Shown: piece by piece, positions 46,026-55,268 of the stretch
Numbering within the stretch: the first letter of the stretch is position 1
How the letters are laid out: each line of letters starts with the position of its first letter
From: an uncultured Bacillota bacterium
GTDB taxonomy: Bacteria; Bacillota_I; Bacilli_A; RF39; UBA660
NCBI GenBank assembly: GCA_946541645.1
Contig: CAMNJS010000002.1
Location: 1 to 60,188, forward strand
Direction: 5' to 3'
DNA length: 60,188 nt
Made by a program: the position numbers and the translations under genes
Notes under the pieces: model-generated
Database searches by the model: none
Told to the model about the DNA's origin: nothing
The model's input: the letters and a program-made list of their open reading frames with translations, nothing else

Positions 46026-47201
46026 TTATTTTTCTAAATTTATTTCTATTTTTTTAGTTCTTGTTTCTATATTAACGCGCTGAACAATTGCTAAACTGGC
46101 AATTAGTGATAATGCAAAACTACCTCCATATGATAAAAATGGTAGTGGGACTCCTGTTAGCGGAATTACGCCAAACATTCCTCCTAAGTTGATAAATATG
46201 TGGGCAAATATGTAGCTTGCAATTCCTAGGCATATGTATCTTCCTCTTAGGGTTGAAGCTTTGGCTGATATAGATAAAATTCTTTCTAAAATAATGATGT
46301 ATCCAATGAATATGAAGACTGTTCTATATATTCCGTATTCTTCGGCTATTATGGCAAATGCTGAATCGGTATGTGGTTCTGGGATGTAGGAATATTTTTG
46401 TTTACTTTTTCCTATGCCTAATCCAAAAAGACCGCCATTATTAATAGCTATATAACTGTTGCATACTTGATAACCACCTTTTTCATAGTTGCCGCAAGGA
46501 TCTAAGAAACTTGTAAATCGGCTTTTTCTAGCGTCATTTAATATATAACCTTGGACCATATATATAACAAGTAGTCCGGCGATTAAAAGTCCTATCATTA
46601 AAATTATTGTTTTAAATTTATCGGTTTTTAGTACCGGACTTGCTAAAAACATAACTGCTATTATAAACAGTGTTATAAGTAGGGTTCCTAAGTCTTTTTG
46701 AAGAACGATTATAGCTGGTATTATTAGTGATAGTAATAATATTCTTCCAATTATATCGTAATGGTTTATGTTAACAGTTCTTAATTTTTTATAATATTTT
46801 TCGAATAAAAGAGCCATCATAACGATAATTATTGGTTTTGATATTTCGCTTGGCTGGAGTTTAACAAATTTTAAATCTATCCAGTTTGTTGACCCACCTA
46901 TCTCTCTATATGATAGGGCCCATATGTTTAGTATTACAGCTATTATATAAATCATATATATAATTACCTTGTAGTATTTTGTGTCAGTTTTTATTATAAT
47001 TAATCCGGCAATTAGGCCTAAGATAACAAATGCTAATTGTCTATAAAAATAGTAGTATATTGAAACGTCATAGTTAACAACGGCAGCTCTACTTGAGGCT
47101 GTGACGATGTTTAGTAACCCAAAGACAAAAAATACTAAACTGACGATTAGTAGTGGCTTATCTATATACTTTATTAATTTGAATATACTATTTTGTTTCA
47201 T
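46026..47201 (-). CDS. FtsW/RodA/SpoVE-family peptidoglycan glycosyltransferase
   Basis: About 10 TM segments. Motifs are LQPSEISKP, IPEPHTDSAFAII and TGVPLPFLSYGGS. AGGAGG RBS precedes ATG 47201. Confidence 0.85.
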   Translation of the reverse strand: MKQNSIFKLIKYIDKPLLIVSLVFFVFGLLNIVTASSRAAVVNYDVSIYYYFYRQLAFVILGLIAGLIIIKTDTKYYKVIIYMIYIIAVILNIWALSYREIGGSTNWIDLKFVKLQPSEISKPIIIVMMALLFEKYYKKLRTVNINHYDIIGRILLLSLIIPAIIVLQKDLGTLLITLFIIAVMFLASPVLKTDKFKTIILMIGLLIAGLLVIYMVQGYILNDARKSRFTSFLDPCGNYEKGGYQVCNSYIAINNGGLFGLGIGKSKQKYSYIPEPHTDSAFAIIAEEYGIYRTVFIFIGYIIILERILSISAKASTLRGRYICLGIASYIFAHIFINLGGMFGVIPLTGVPLPFLSYGGSFALSLIASLAIVQRVNIETRTKKIEINLEK

Positions 47202-47287
47202 AGCTCCTCCTATTATTAATGATAGCATATTATTGCTTTTTTTAAAAGCAACTTAATTTAAAAAGCAAAAATAGGTATTTTTAATGG

Positions 47288-47313
47288 ACGTTTTCTTGTC
47301 ATCACATAAACTA
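47288..47313 (+). promoter_or_regulatory. Possible sigma-K-like -10 (CATAAACTA) upstream of the YjcZ-like ORF
   Basis: CATAnnnTA lies at 47305-47313 with AC 15 nt upstream. The spacing is slightly short of consensus. Confidence 0.2.
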
Positions 47314-47332
47314 TAACGAGGAGGTAAAAAAT

Positions 47333-47491
47333 ATGTATTACTATGGAGGCTATCAAGGTTATGGCTGTGGCAATCCTTGCGGTGGTAACTACGGCGGAGG
47401 ATATGGCTATGGTACTGGATATGGTGCAGCTATAATTTTAGTTCTATTTATCTTACTTGTAATCATAATTGGAACTAGAGCTTTTAATTAA
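47333..47491 (+). CDS. YjcZ-like sporulation small protein (52 aa; absent from ORF track)
   Basis: My translation is MYYYGGYQGYGCGNPCGGNYGGGYGYGTGYGAAIILVLFILLVIIIGTRAFN. It has a Gly/Tyr-rich head and a hydrophobic ILVLFILLVIIIG tail, as in YjcZ-family peptides. GAGGAGGT lies 7 nt upstream, and a terminator follows immediately. Confidence 0.7.
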   Translation: MYYYGGYQGYGCGNPCGGNYGGGYGYGTGYGAAIILVLFILLVIIIGTRAFN

Positions 47492-47513
47492 GAAGAGTTT
47501 TCTCTTCTTTTTT
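47490..47513 (+). terminator. Terminator after the YjcZ-like ORF
   Basis: aagaagag-tttt-ctcttctt followed by tttt. Confidence 0.75.
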
Positions 47514-47570
47514 GATGCGGCATAATGCATTTATTTTGAACTATTTATATTAACACGGTGCATGCGTTAT

Positions 47571-47599
47571 TTGACAATACTTATTCTGAAGTATATAAT
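47571..47599 (+). promoter_or_regulatory. Consensus sigma-A promoter (TTGACA - 17 nt - TATAAT) of def
   Basis: TTGACA at 47571-47576 and TATAAT at 47594-47599. Confidence 0.65.
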
Positions 47600-47694
47600 A
47601 TGCTTTGTTTAAAAATGTAAACCACATTATAAATTCTTATATATATAAGTTTTTTTATTATGATTTATGATAAAATGTAGGAAGGAGGGTTTCT

Positions 47695-48243
47695 ATGTTT
47701 AAGCCTTTAAATATTTTGGATGATAAACATAAAGTTTTACGTGAAATTAGTAAAGAGGTAGATTTGCCTTTAAGTAAAGAAGATAAGGATACTATTAAAC
47801 AAATAATGACTCATTTAAAATATAGTCAAATTGAAAATATGGCTTCGAAATATGATTTAAGGCCAGGTATGGGGCTTGCTTTTCCTCAACTTGGATTATT
47901 AAAGCGTATTATTGTAATTGTGCATGAATATGAGGAAGGCAAGTTTAAAAATTATGTACTTGTTAATCCTAAAATTATTAGTCATTCTGAAGAAATGGTG
48001 GCTTTGGAAACTGGTGAGGGTTGTTTAAGCGTTAACCGTGAAGTTGAAGGCCATGTTCCAAGGTATGCGAGAATTACAATTACTGGATATGATCCTGATG
48101 GTAATAGAATTTCTATAAGAGCAAGAGAAGATTTGGCGGTTGCTTTTCAGCATGAAGTTGATCATTTAAATGGAATATTATTTTATGACCGTATTGATAA
48201 GAAAAAACCGTTTTTTAATGAAAATGAAATAAGGTTAATATAG
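47695..48243 (+). CDS. def: Peptide deformylase
   Basis: GMGLAFPQLG, EGCLS and HEVDHLNG motifs. Confidence 0.93.
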   Translation: MFKPLNILDDKHKVLREISKEVDLPLSKEDKDTIKQIMTHLKYSQIENMASKYDLRPGMGLAFPQLGLLKRIIVIVHEYEEGKFKNYVLVNPKIISHSEEMVALETGEGCLSVNREVEGHVPRYARITITGYDPDGNRISIRAREDLAVAFQHEVDHLNGILFYDRIDKKKPFFNENEIRLI

Positions 48244-48251
48244 GAGGATTT

Positions 48252-49955
48252 ATGAGGAAATTTTTAATTAAATATATTATTTTAATTGTTGTTACTTTTA
48301 TAGCTTCTATTTTTATATACAATTATGTTGAGGCTTCTACTTCTGTAGATATGGAAAAGGATTTACTTATAATTCAAAAGGAAAAAGAGAATAATTATTT
48401 GGCTAATACTAATTATTCTATTGATGAGCCTAATGTTATTTTAAATCCTTATGGTAATTCTCCGCTTACAGCTTTGGTAGTTTTTCAAACTAAGGATTTA
48501 ACTACGGTTACTGTTACTATTAAGGGAAAGAATAATAATGATTTGGTCCATACTTTTACTCCTTCTAAAGTTCATATTCTTCCAATTTATGGCTTATATG
48601 CTGGATATGATAACAAGGTAATTGTTGAAGCTAGTGGCAAAACTAAGGAACTTATTATTAAAACTGATGATTTGCCTAGTGATTTTACTAAAGTTACCGG
48701 TATAAGTAGTGATGAATTTGATACTGATGAGTTTTATTTTACAACGTCTGAGGATAAAGGATATACAGCTGCTTATGATGTGTATGGTAATGTTAGGTGG
48801 TATATTGTTGGTGATTATAAATGGGATATTCAAAGATTAAACAATGGACATATTTTGATGAGTAGTGATAAGACTATTAATAATAATTATAGTGCTGGAT
48901 TGATGGAAATGGATTTACTTGGTAAGGTATATTTTGAGTATGCAGTTCCAGGTGGTTATCATCATAATGTTTATGAATTAAATAATGGTAATTTATTACT
49001 TGCTTCAAATAATTTGGAAAGTGAAACTTTAGAAGATTATATCGTTGAAATCGATAGAAATACTGGTAATATTATTAGGGCTATAGATTTAAATAAAATT
49101 TTGGAAAATAATAAAAAAGGTAACTGGTTTAAAATTACTTCTTTGGTGTATGATCGAAATACAAATTCAATAACAGTATCTGGCTATAATAGTGATATGC
49201 TTGTTAATATTGATTATTCTTCTTTAAATTTGAACTGGGTAATTGGAAAAGATGTGAATAGCAGTGTTAATGGTCTTTCTTTAAAAAATAATGGTGATGC
49301 ACATTTTCCTACTTCACCGGAATCTATTAATTTAGCTGGTGATCAATTAATGTTTTCTAATATTATTGATGGCATTAGATATTTAACTACTTATAAGATT
49401 GATTATTCGAATCGTTCTTTTACTGAGACTAATAGTTATAAAATTGGTGAGGGAAAACATGCTTATTTGGAAGCATTAAGTATGGATGATTATATTGTAA
49501 CTTTAGAAAATGGTATTAAGGAAATTTCTGATGATAATGTTGTTGTTAGTATGAATATTGATTCATCTTTATATAATACAAAACGTATGCCTCTTTATGC
49601 GAATGATATTTATACTGGTGTTCAAGGCGTTAGACTAGGAACTTTAGGTGAATCAAAAACAACGCATAATTATTTTCTATTTTCTGTTAAAAACGAAGAT
49701 ATTTTTAAGAAATATGATATTAGATTATATAAAGATATATATGGTCTGAAGGTAAGCGGAAAATTTTCTAAAAAAGATGATGTTCAAATCATTTTAGATA
49801 ATGTTTTGGATAAGAAAACTTACGTTCTTGATATTAATGAAGATAATATTTCTTCACGATATATTAATGAAGATGGTATTAGTGGTAAGTATTATATTTT
49901 CTTAAGAATTAATGGTAAAATTTATAAATTATCTAAGTATGTAATTTTTAAATAA
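48252..49955 (+). CDS. Secreted/anchored aryl-sulfate sulfotransferase (ASST)-family beta-propeller protein
   Basis: N-terminal TM/signal segment. LNPYGNSPLTALVVFQT...LPIYGLYAGYDNKVIV resembles the ASST N-domain. PGGYHHNVYELNNGNLL is propeller-like. It starts 8 nt after def. Confidence 0.5.
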   Translation: MRKFLIKYIILIVVTFIASIFIYNYVEASTSVDMEKDLLIIQKEKENNYLANTNYSIDEPNVILNPYGNSPLTALVVFQTKDLTTVTVTIKGKNNNDLVHTFTPSKVHILPIYGLYAGYDNKVIVEASGKTKELIIKTDDLPSDFTKVTGISSDEFDTDEFYFTTSEDKGYTAAYDVYGNVRWYIVGDYKWDIQRLNNGHILMSSDKTINNNYSAGLMEMDLLGKVYFEYAVPGGYHHNVYELNNGNLLLASNNLESETLEDYIVEIDRNTGNIIRAIDLNKILENNKKGNWFKITSLVYDRNTNSITVSGYNSDMLVNIDYSSLNLNWVIGKDVNSSVNGLSLKNNGDAHFPTSPESINLAGDQLMFSNIIDGIRYLTTYKIDYSNRSFTETNSYKIGEGKHAYLEALSMDDYIVTLENGIKEISDDNVVVSMNIDSSLYNTKRMPLYANDIYTGVQGVRLGTLGESKTTHNYFLFSVKNEDIFKKYDIRLYKDIYGLKVSGKFSKKDDVQIILDNVLDKKTYVLDINEDNISSRYINEDGISGKYYIFLRINGKIYKLSKYVIFK

Positions 49956-49986
49956 AAAAATGCTAGTTTAATTACTAGCGTTTTTA
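49954..49986. terminator. Bidirectional terminator between the ASST-like gene and the ABC-F gene
   Basis: aaaaaaatgctagt-ttaatt-actagcgttttt. Confidence 0.7.
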
Positions 49987-51573
49987 ATTTTGATATTTTT
50001 CCAAATACTCTTCATATGTTATTTGTTTATCAATAATACTTCCGTCTTCTTTGATTAATATAATGCGGTTTGCTAATGTGTTTATAAGTTCGGTATCAAA
50101 ACTTGAGAAAATAATTGGGCCATTAAAGTTTTTTAGACCGTTATTTAAAGATGTTATTGATTCTATGTCTAAATGGTTTGTAGGCTCATCTAGAAGTAAT
50201 ACGTTTCCTTTGTTTAGCATCATTTTAGAAAGCATACATCTTACTTTTTCACCGCCTGATAAAACGGATACTGATTTTAATGTTTCATCGCCTGAAAACA
50301 ACATTCTTCCTAAAAAGCCTCTTATGTAAGCGTCTTCTTGCTCAGCTGAATATTTTCTTAACCATTCGATTAGGTTTTCATTTCCTTCAAAATATTTATC
50401 GTGATTTTTTGGAAAATATGATAGTTTGACAGTTGTCCCTATTTTTATTTCTCCGCTATCTTGCTTTATCTGCCCTACTATTAATCTTAATAATGCCGTT
50501 TTGGCTATTTCATTTTCACCAATTAAGGCGATTTTATCATTATTGTTTATATTAATTCTTATATTTTTGAGAATAGTTTTACCGTTTAAACTAAGGTTTA
50601 TATTTGACATGCTTATTACTTGTTTACCTAGTCTAGTGTCTGTTTCAAAATTTATATAAGGATATTTTCTTGAAGATGGTTTTAACTGATCAATTGTAAT
50701 TTTTTCTAGAAGTTTTTTTCTAGATGTTGCTTGTTTTGATTTCGAAGCATTTGCTGAAAATCTTGCAATGAATGATTCTAACTCTTTTATTTTTTCTTCT
50801 TTTTTCTTGTTTGAATCTTTTAATTGTTTTAACATTAGTTCATTTGATTGGTACCAAAAGTCATAGTTTCCGATGCATAATTTTATTCTTTCTCTATCTA
50901 TGTCGACCATGTAAGTACATACTTTATTTAAAAAGTATCTATCGTGGGAAACTAAGATTATAGTTCCTTTAAATTCAATTAGAAATTCTTCAAGCCATAT
51001 TTTGCTTTTGATATCTAGTCCATTTGTCGGTTCATCTAATAGGAGAATATCTGGTTTTCCAAATAAAGCTTGGGCAAGTAATACTTTTACTTTGTCTTTA
51101 TCTCTTAATTCATTCATTAGGCAGTGATGCATATCAGCTTTAATACCAAGGCCAGATAGTAAAATGGCGGCTTCGCTTTCGGCTTCCCAGCCATTTAAGG
51201 CAGCAAATTCATCTTCTAATTTTGCTACTTTTATGCCATCTTCATTGGTGAAATTTTCTTTCATATAAATCTTTTCTTTTTCTTTCATTATGGCATATAG
51301 TTTTTCGTTTCCTTGGATTACTGTTTCTATGAGATCAAATTTGTCATATAAGTTATGATTTTGTTTTAAATATGATAGTCTTTCACTTTTATCTTTAATT
51401 ATTTCTCCTGATGAAGAGTCTATTTCTCCAGTTAGTATTTTTAAAAATGTCGATTTCCCGGCTCCATTTGCACCTATTACGCCATAACAATTATTTTCTT
51501 TAAATTCTAAATTTACATCTTCAAAAAGAGTTCTTTTTCCATATCTTAGGCTTAAATTTTTTACTTGTAACAT
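49984..51573 (-). CDS. ABC-F family ATPase (YbiT/YkpA-like translation factor type)
   Basis: Two NBDs without TM domains (GANGAGKST, LLLDEPTNGLD; LSGGEKVR, LLLDEPTNHLD). The linker contains FIARFSANASKSKQATSRKK. Confidence 0.85.
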   Translation of the reverse strand: MLQVKNLSLRYGKRTLFEDVNLEFKENNCYGVIGANGAGKSTFLKILTGEIDSSSGEIIKDKSERLSYLKQNHNLYDKFDLIETVIQGNEKLYAIMKEKEKIYMKENFTNEDGIKVAKLEDEFAALNGWEAESEAAILLSGLGIKADMHHCLMNELRDKDKVKVLLAQALFGKPDILLLDEPTNGLDIKSKIWLEEFLIEFKGTIILVSHDRYFLNKVCTYMVDIDRERIKLCIGNYDFWYQSNELMLKQLKDSNKKKEEKIKELESFIARFSANASKSKQATSRKKLLEKITIDQLKPSSRKYPYINFETDTRLGKQVISMSNINLSLNGKTILKNIRININNNDKIALIGENEIAKTALLRLIVGQIKQDSGEIKIGTTVKLSYFPKNHDKYFEGNENLIEWLRKYSAEQEDAYIRGFLGRMLFSGDETLKSVSVLSGGEKVRCMLSKMMLNKGNVLLLDEPTNHLDIESITSLNNGLKNFNGPIIFSSFDTELINTLANRIILIKEDGSIIDKQITYEEYLEKYQN

Positions 51574-51611
51574 TTTATCACCTTTAGTGATTATATCAGA
51601 AATATATGTTA

Positions 51612-51643
51612 AAGTAAAATAAAAGCTTGCGCTTTTATTTTTT
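51612..51643 (-). terminator. Terminator after the 161-aa ORF
   Basis: aaataaaagc-ttgc-gcttttattt palindrome that includes the stop codon. Confidence 0.55.
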
Positions 51644-52120
51644 CAACGTTTTTTGTTTGCTTTTTATTGCTTGGCGGACGCTTCTTTTACTATTAAATAT
51701 GTTTTCATTTATTTCGGTTGTAACTATTGGACTATGAGAGGCAATTTGTTTAAAGTCTTCATTAGCGTTTTCTCCATTTAATAATTCTTTTATTGTTATT
51801 TTACTAATTAATTCTTTTATTTTTTCAAAATTTAACTGTTTTTGTAGTTCACTAATGAATTCTTTATTTCCTCCATTTAAAAACAAATTTAGGCTTCCAT
51901 CTATGGTTTTATCAGTTATGGCTTCTTTTATGTAAATATCTCCTGGTTGTAGTTCGGCACTTGGAAAGGCTTCTGTTACTTCAGCGAACAGATATGTTTT
52001 ATCTTCTAAACATATGAAATCGATGAACGTTCCGGCTAATATTTTGTCGCTTGTTCCGTACTTTTCAAACCCTCCTGTTGGGTTTGATGATTCTTCTTTT
52101 CCAAATTTAATTTCTATCAT
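51635..52120 (-). CDS. Hypothetical 161-aa protein
   Basis: ORF with an AGGAG-type RBS, 10 nt downstream of smc. No family recognised. Confidence 0.45.
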   Translation of the reverse strand: MIEIKFGKEESSNPTGGFEKYGTSDKILAGTFIDFICLEDKTYLFAEVTEAFPSAELQPGDIYIKEAITDKTIDGSLNLFLNGGNKEFISELQKQLNFEKIKELISKITIKELLNGENANEDFKQIASHSPIVTTEINENIFNSKRSVRQAIKSKQKTLKK

Positions 52121-52130
52121 ATGTACTCCT

Positions 52131-55070
52131 TTATTTAATTTCTTCTAGTTTGACACTTACTAATTTACTAACGCCTGATTCTTGCATGGTAATTCCGTAT
52201 AGTAAATCAGCGTATTCCATTGTTTTCTTTTTGTGAGTTATTATTATAAATTGTGATTTGGTTTTTAATGTTTGTAAGTATTTTCCAAAGGTATCGACGT
52301 TTGCCTCATCTAGGGCAGCTTCTACTTCATCTAATACGCAAAATGGTGATGGTTTTGATTTTATAATAGCAAATAATAAGCTGATAGCTGTTAAAGTCTT
52401 TTCGCCACCTGAAAGCAGGCTAATGCTGTTTAGTTTTTTGCCTGGTGGACTTGCAATTATTTCAACACCTGTTTCTAAAATATTATTAGGTTCAGTTAAT
52501 TTTAGCTCGGCCTTGCCACCTTTAAACATTTCTTTGAACGTTTCTTTAAAATGCTCATTTATCTTATTAAAACTTTCTTTGAATTCTTTTATCATTACTT
52601 TGTCCATTTCACTTATTATTTCAAGTAAGGTATTTTCGGCATTATCTAAATCATTTATTTGGTTTATTAAAAATTCATATCTTTCACTTACGTTTTTATA
52701 TTCTTCAGGTGCAGCTAAATTGACTATTCCAATATCTTTTAGGACTTTTTTTAGTTTACTAACTTCGTTTTTGGCTCTTGAATAATCAATATCTAACTTG
52801 TAATTTTCTTTTGCCTTGTCATATGTCATCGAGTAATTTTCGGTAAGTGTATTTAATAAATTATCTAGTTTTACGTCTAGTCTATTTAGTGATATTTCTA
52901 GTGTTTTTACTTTTTCGGTTTTGCTTGTGTAATCACTATTTTCTTTTTTGAGTGATAGTTCGTATTCTTCTAATGATTCATTTAAATTTTCTTTTTCTTT
53001 GATTAAATTTTGAAGTTCTTTGGTTGCCATATCTTTAGTTTTTAATGAAGCATAGTATTTTTCTATTGTTTCCTCTTCTTCTTTAGATAACACGCCATTT
53101 AATAGATTTTCGGTACTTTTTATGTCACTATTTATTCTATCTATTTCTTTTATAATGTTTTCTATTTGCTTATTTTTATTATTTATTTCATCATTTTTTA
53201 GTAATTTTTCTTTGTCAAGCAAATATATTTTATCTTCTATTTCTTTTAATTTGTTATCCATTTCATTTATTATATTTTCATATTCTTTTGTTTCTTTTAA
53301 TAGTTTTTCTTTGGTTTTTATGGCGTTTTCTAAATCGTATTTGTCAGATATTATATTTCGGTTTTTAACTTGCTTTCCGCCGGTCATCGATCCACCTACA
53401 TGGATTATTTCTCCATCTAACGTAACTATTTTATATTTATTATTTATTTTTTTGCTTATGTTAGTTGCACTATCTAAATTATCGGTGATTATTATATTAC
53501 CTAATTGATTTAAAATAATATTTTTATATATGTTTTCATATTTTACTAGGTTACTTGCAATATCGATAAACCCTTGAGCTTGTTTTATTATTTCCAGTGT
53601 GCTTTCATCAATATATTTTGGCTTTATTATGTTTAAAGGAAAGAAAGTTGCTCTTCCGATATTTTTTAGATAGTTAATTGCTTCTTTGGCTGAATATTCA
53701 TCATCGACTATTATGTTATTTGTCATATAACCAAGGGCGGTTGATATGGCTAATGAATATTTTTCTTCTGTTTCTATTAAATTTCCTAAGGCATTATGAA
53801 TACCAGATAGTTTCGGGTTTCCAAGCACGCTTTTAACTGGTAGTGGTAATGATCCACCGTTTTCAACATTTTCTTTTAATGTATCAATTTTTATACTTAT
53901 ACTATGTGTTTGCCTTATTTTTTCAGTTAATTTGTTTTGAATATTTTCTTTTTCTTTTTTTGTTTTCTCAATAGTTTTTGTTTGCATGTTTTTCTTTTCT
54001 TCTAATTCTTTTATGTCTTTTTCTAGGTAAGACGTTTCACTTTTAAAACTATTTATTTCATTTTCTAGGCTTAGGCTTTTTTCTTTTAAATTTATAATAT
54101 TATCGTGTAATTTTGTATCATCTACTTCATATTTTTTTCTTTCGGTTAAAATCATTCTTCGGCTATTTAGGTTTTCTGATATTTCTGTAAGTTCTATTAC
54201 TTTGCTTTGCATTATTTTAATTTCTTCGTCAATTTTAGCAATTTTAACTTTGTATTTCTCTATTTCAGCTTCATCTTTTGATGTTGATGCGACTGCCTTT
54301 AGTAATTCTTTATTTAAGTTTTCTAATATTTCTTTATTTGTCTTATATTCGAAATTTAAATTTGTTATATCTTCGGTTATTAAAGCGATGTCTAGATTTT
54401 CTAACTTACTTTTTATGTCAGTATATTCTATGGCTTTTTCGCTTTCTATTTTTAACGGTTCAATTCTTTCTTCTAATTCGCGTATAATATCATTTATGCG
54501 GTTTTTATTGTCATGCGTTTTATCTAGTTTTTTAATGGCCTCTTCTTTTCTTCGCTTATATTTTAAAACACCTGATGCTTCTTCGAAAATTACTCTTCTG
54601 TTTTCTGGCTTACTACTAATGATGGCTTCAATTTGGCCTTGGGATATTATATTAAAACTTTCTTTAGCAATTCCTGTATCTAGTAAAAGATTTGTTATAT
54701 CTTTTAGTCTTACGCGCTCACCATTTAAAAAATATTCGTTGGTTCCATCTTTATACACTCTTCTTTTTAACTCAACTTCATCGTATGAAAGCGGAATAAA
54801 TTTGTCTTCGTTATTAAATACTATGGTTACTGACGCAACGTTCATTGGATTTCTTGATTTGCTGCCTGAAAAAATGACGTCAGTCATTGTACCGTCACCA
54901 CGTAATGATTTTACTGATTGTTCACCTAGTACCCATCTTATTGCATCAACGACGTTACTTTTACCAGATCCGTTTGGACCAACAACTCCATTTATTCCTT
55001 TGGTAAATTCTAGGTTAATTTTATCCGCAAATGATTTAAATCCTTGAGCTTTTATTTCTTTTAAATACAT
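52131..55070 (-). CDS. smc: Chromosome segregation protein SMC (short, 979 aa)
   Basis: N-terminal MYLKEIKAQGFKSFADK...GPNGSGKSNVVDAIRWVLGEQS, a hinge (GRATFFPLN), and C-terminal LSGGEKTLTAISLLFAI and VLDEVEAALD. Confidence 0.93.
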   Translation of the reverse strand: MYLKEIKAQGFKSFADKINLEFTKGINGVVGPNGSGKSNVVDAIRWVLGEQSVKSLRGDGTMTDVIFSGSKSRNPMNVASVTIVFNNEDKFIPLSYDEVELKRRVYKDGTNEYFLNGERVRLKDITNLLLDTGIAKESFNIISQGQIEAIISSKPENRRVIFEEASGVLKYKRRKEEAIKKLDKTHDNKNRINDIIRELEERIEPLKIESEKAIEYTDIKSKLENLDIALITEDITNLNFEYKTNKEILENLNKELLKAVASTSKDEAEIEKYKVKIAKIDEEIKIMQSKVIELTEISENLNSRRMILTERKKYEVDDTKLHDNIINLKEKSLSLENEINSFKSETSYLEKDIKELEEKKNMQTKTIEKTKKEKENIQNKLTEKIRQTHSISIKIDTLKENVENGGSLPLPVKSVLGNPKLSGIHNALGNLIETEEKYSLAISTALGYMTNNIIVDDEYSAKEAINYLKNIGRATFFPLNIIKPKYIDESTLEIIKQAQGFIDIASNLVKYENIYKNIILNQLGNIIITDNLDSATNISKKINNKYKIVTLDGEIIHVGGSMTGGKQVKNRNIISDKYDLENAIKTKEKLLKETKEYENIINEMDNKLKEIEDKIYLLDKEKLLKNDEINNKNKQIENIIKEIDRINSDIKSTENLLNGVLSKEEEETIEKYYASLKTKDMATKELQNLIKEKENLNESLEEYELSLKKENSDYTSKTEKVKTLEISLNRLDVKLDNLLNTLTENYSMTYDKAKENYKLDIDYSRAKNEVSKLKKVLKDIGIVNLAAPEEYKNVSERYEFLINQINDLDNAENTLLEIISEMDKVMIKEFKESFNKINEHFKETFKEMFKGGKAELKLTEPNNILETGVEIIASPPGKKLNSISLLSGGEKTLTAISLLFAIIKSKPSPFCVLDEVEAALDEANVDTFGKYLQTLKTKSQFIIITHKKKTMEYADLLYGITMQESGVSKLVSVKLEEIK

Positions 55071-55092
55071 ATATCATCACCATACTATATAA

Positions 55093-55121
55093 ATTATACC
55101 TTATTTTTCACTTAAAAACAA
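55093..55121 (-). promoter_or_regulatory. Sigma-A-type promoter (TTGTTT - 17 nt - TATAAT) of smc
   Basis: On the minus strand, TTGTTT is at 55121-55116 and TATAAT at 55098-55093. Confidence 0.5.
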
Positions 55122-55130
55122 TAAATGATA

Positions 55131-55161
55131 TAAAAAGAAACTATTTTAGCTGAATAGTTTC
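55131..55161 (-). terminator. Terminator after the GH25 gene
   Basis: Minus strand: gaaactatt-cagctaa-aatagtttc followed by ttttt. Confidence 0.7.
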
Positions 55162-55268
55162 CGTTATAGATTTTTGATCTCTTGTTTATATTTATATATA
55201 CTATTAAATCTAATCATTTCGATGAATCCTTTGCATATTAATGTTTTAGTTTGTTCAAATATGCGTTT

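Noticed and set aside
49984-51573. ABC-F protein as an antibiotic-resistance (ARE) ribosome-protection factor.
   Set aside because: The inter-domain linker is short and carries the housekeeping YbiT-type FSANASKSKQATSRKK motif rather than an extended ARD. No resistance context surrounds it. This cannot be excluded without phylogeny.
54202-55047. 281-aa ORF on the plus strand, antisense to smc. Similar long antisense ORFs occur at 52258-52785, 53122-53508, 37372-38037, 38041-38421, 41005-41481, 26152-26643, 25693-26070, 28919-29347, 31275-31718 and 36213-36641.
   Set aside because: They lie entirely inside well-supported genes on the other strand. They have Ser/Phe/Leu/Ile-rich low-complexity translations and no RBS. 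They are the expected by-product of reverse-complementing AAA/GAA/AAT-rich codons, which rarely creates stops.
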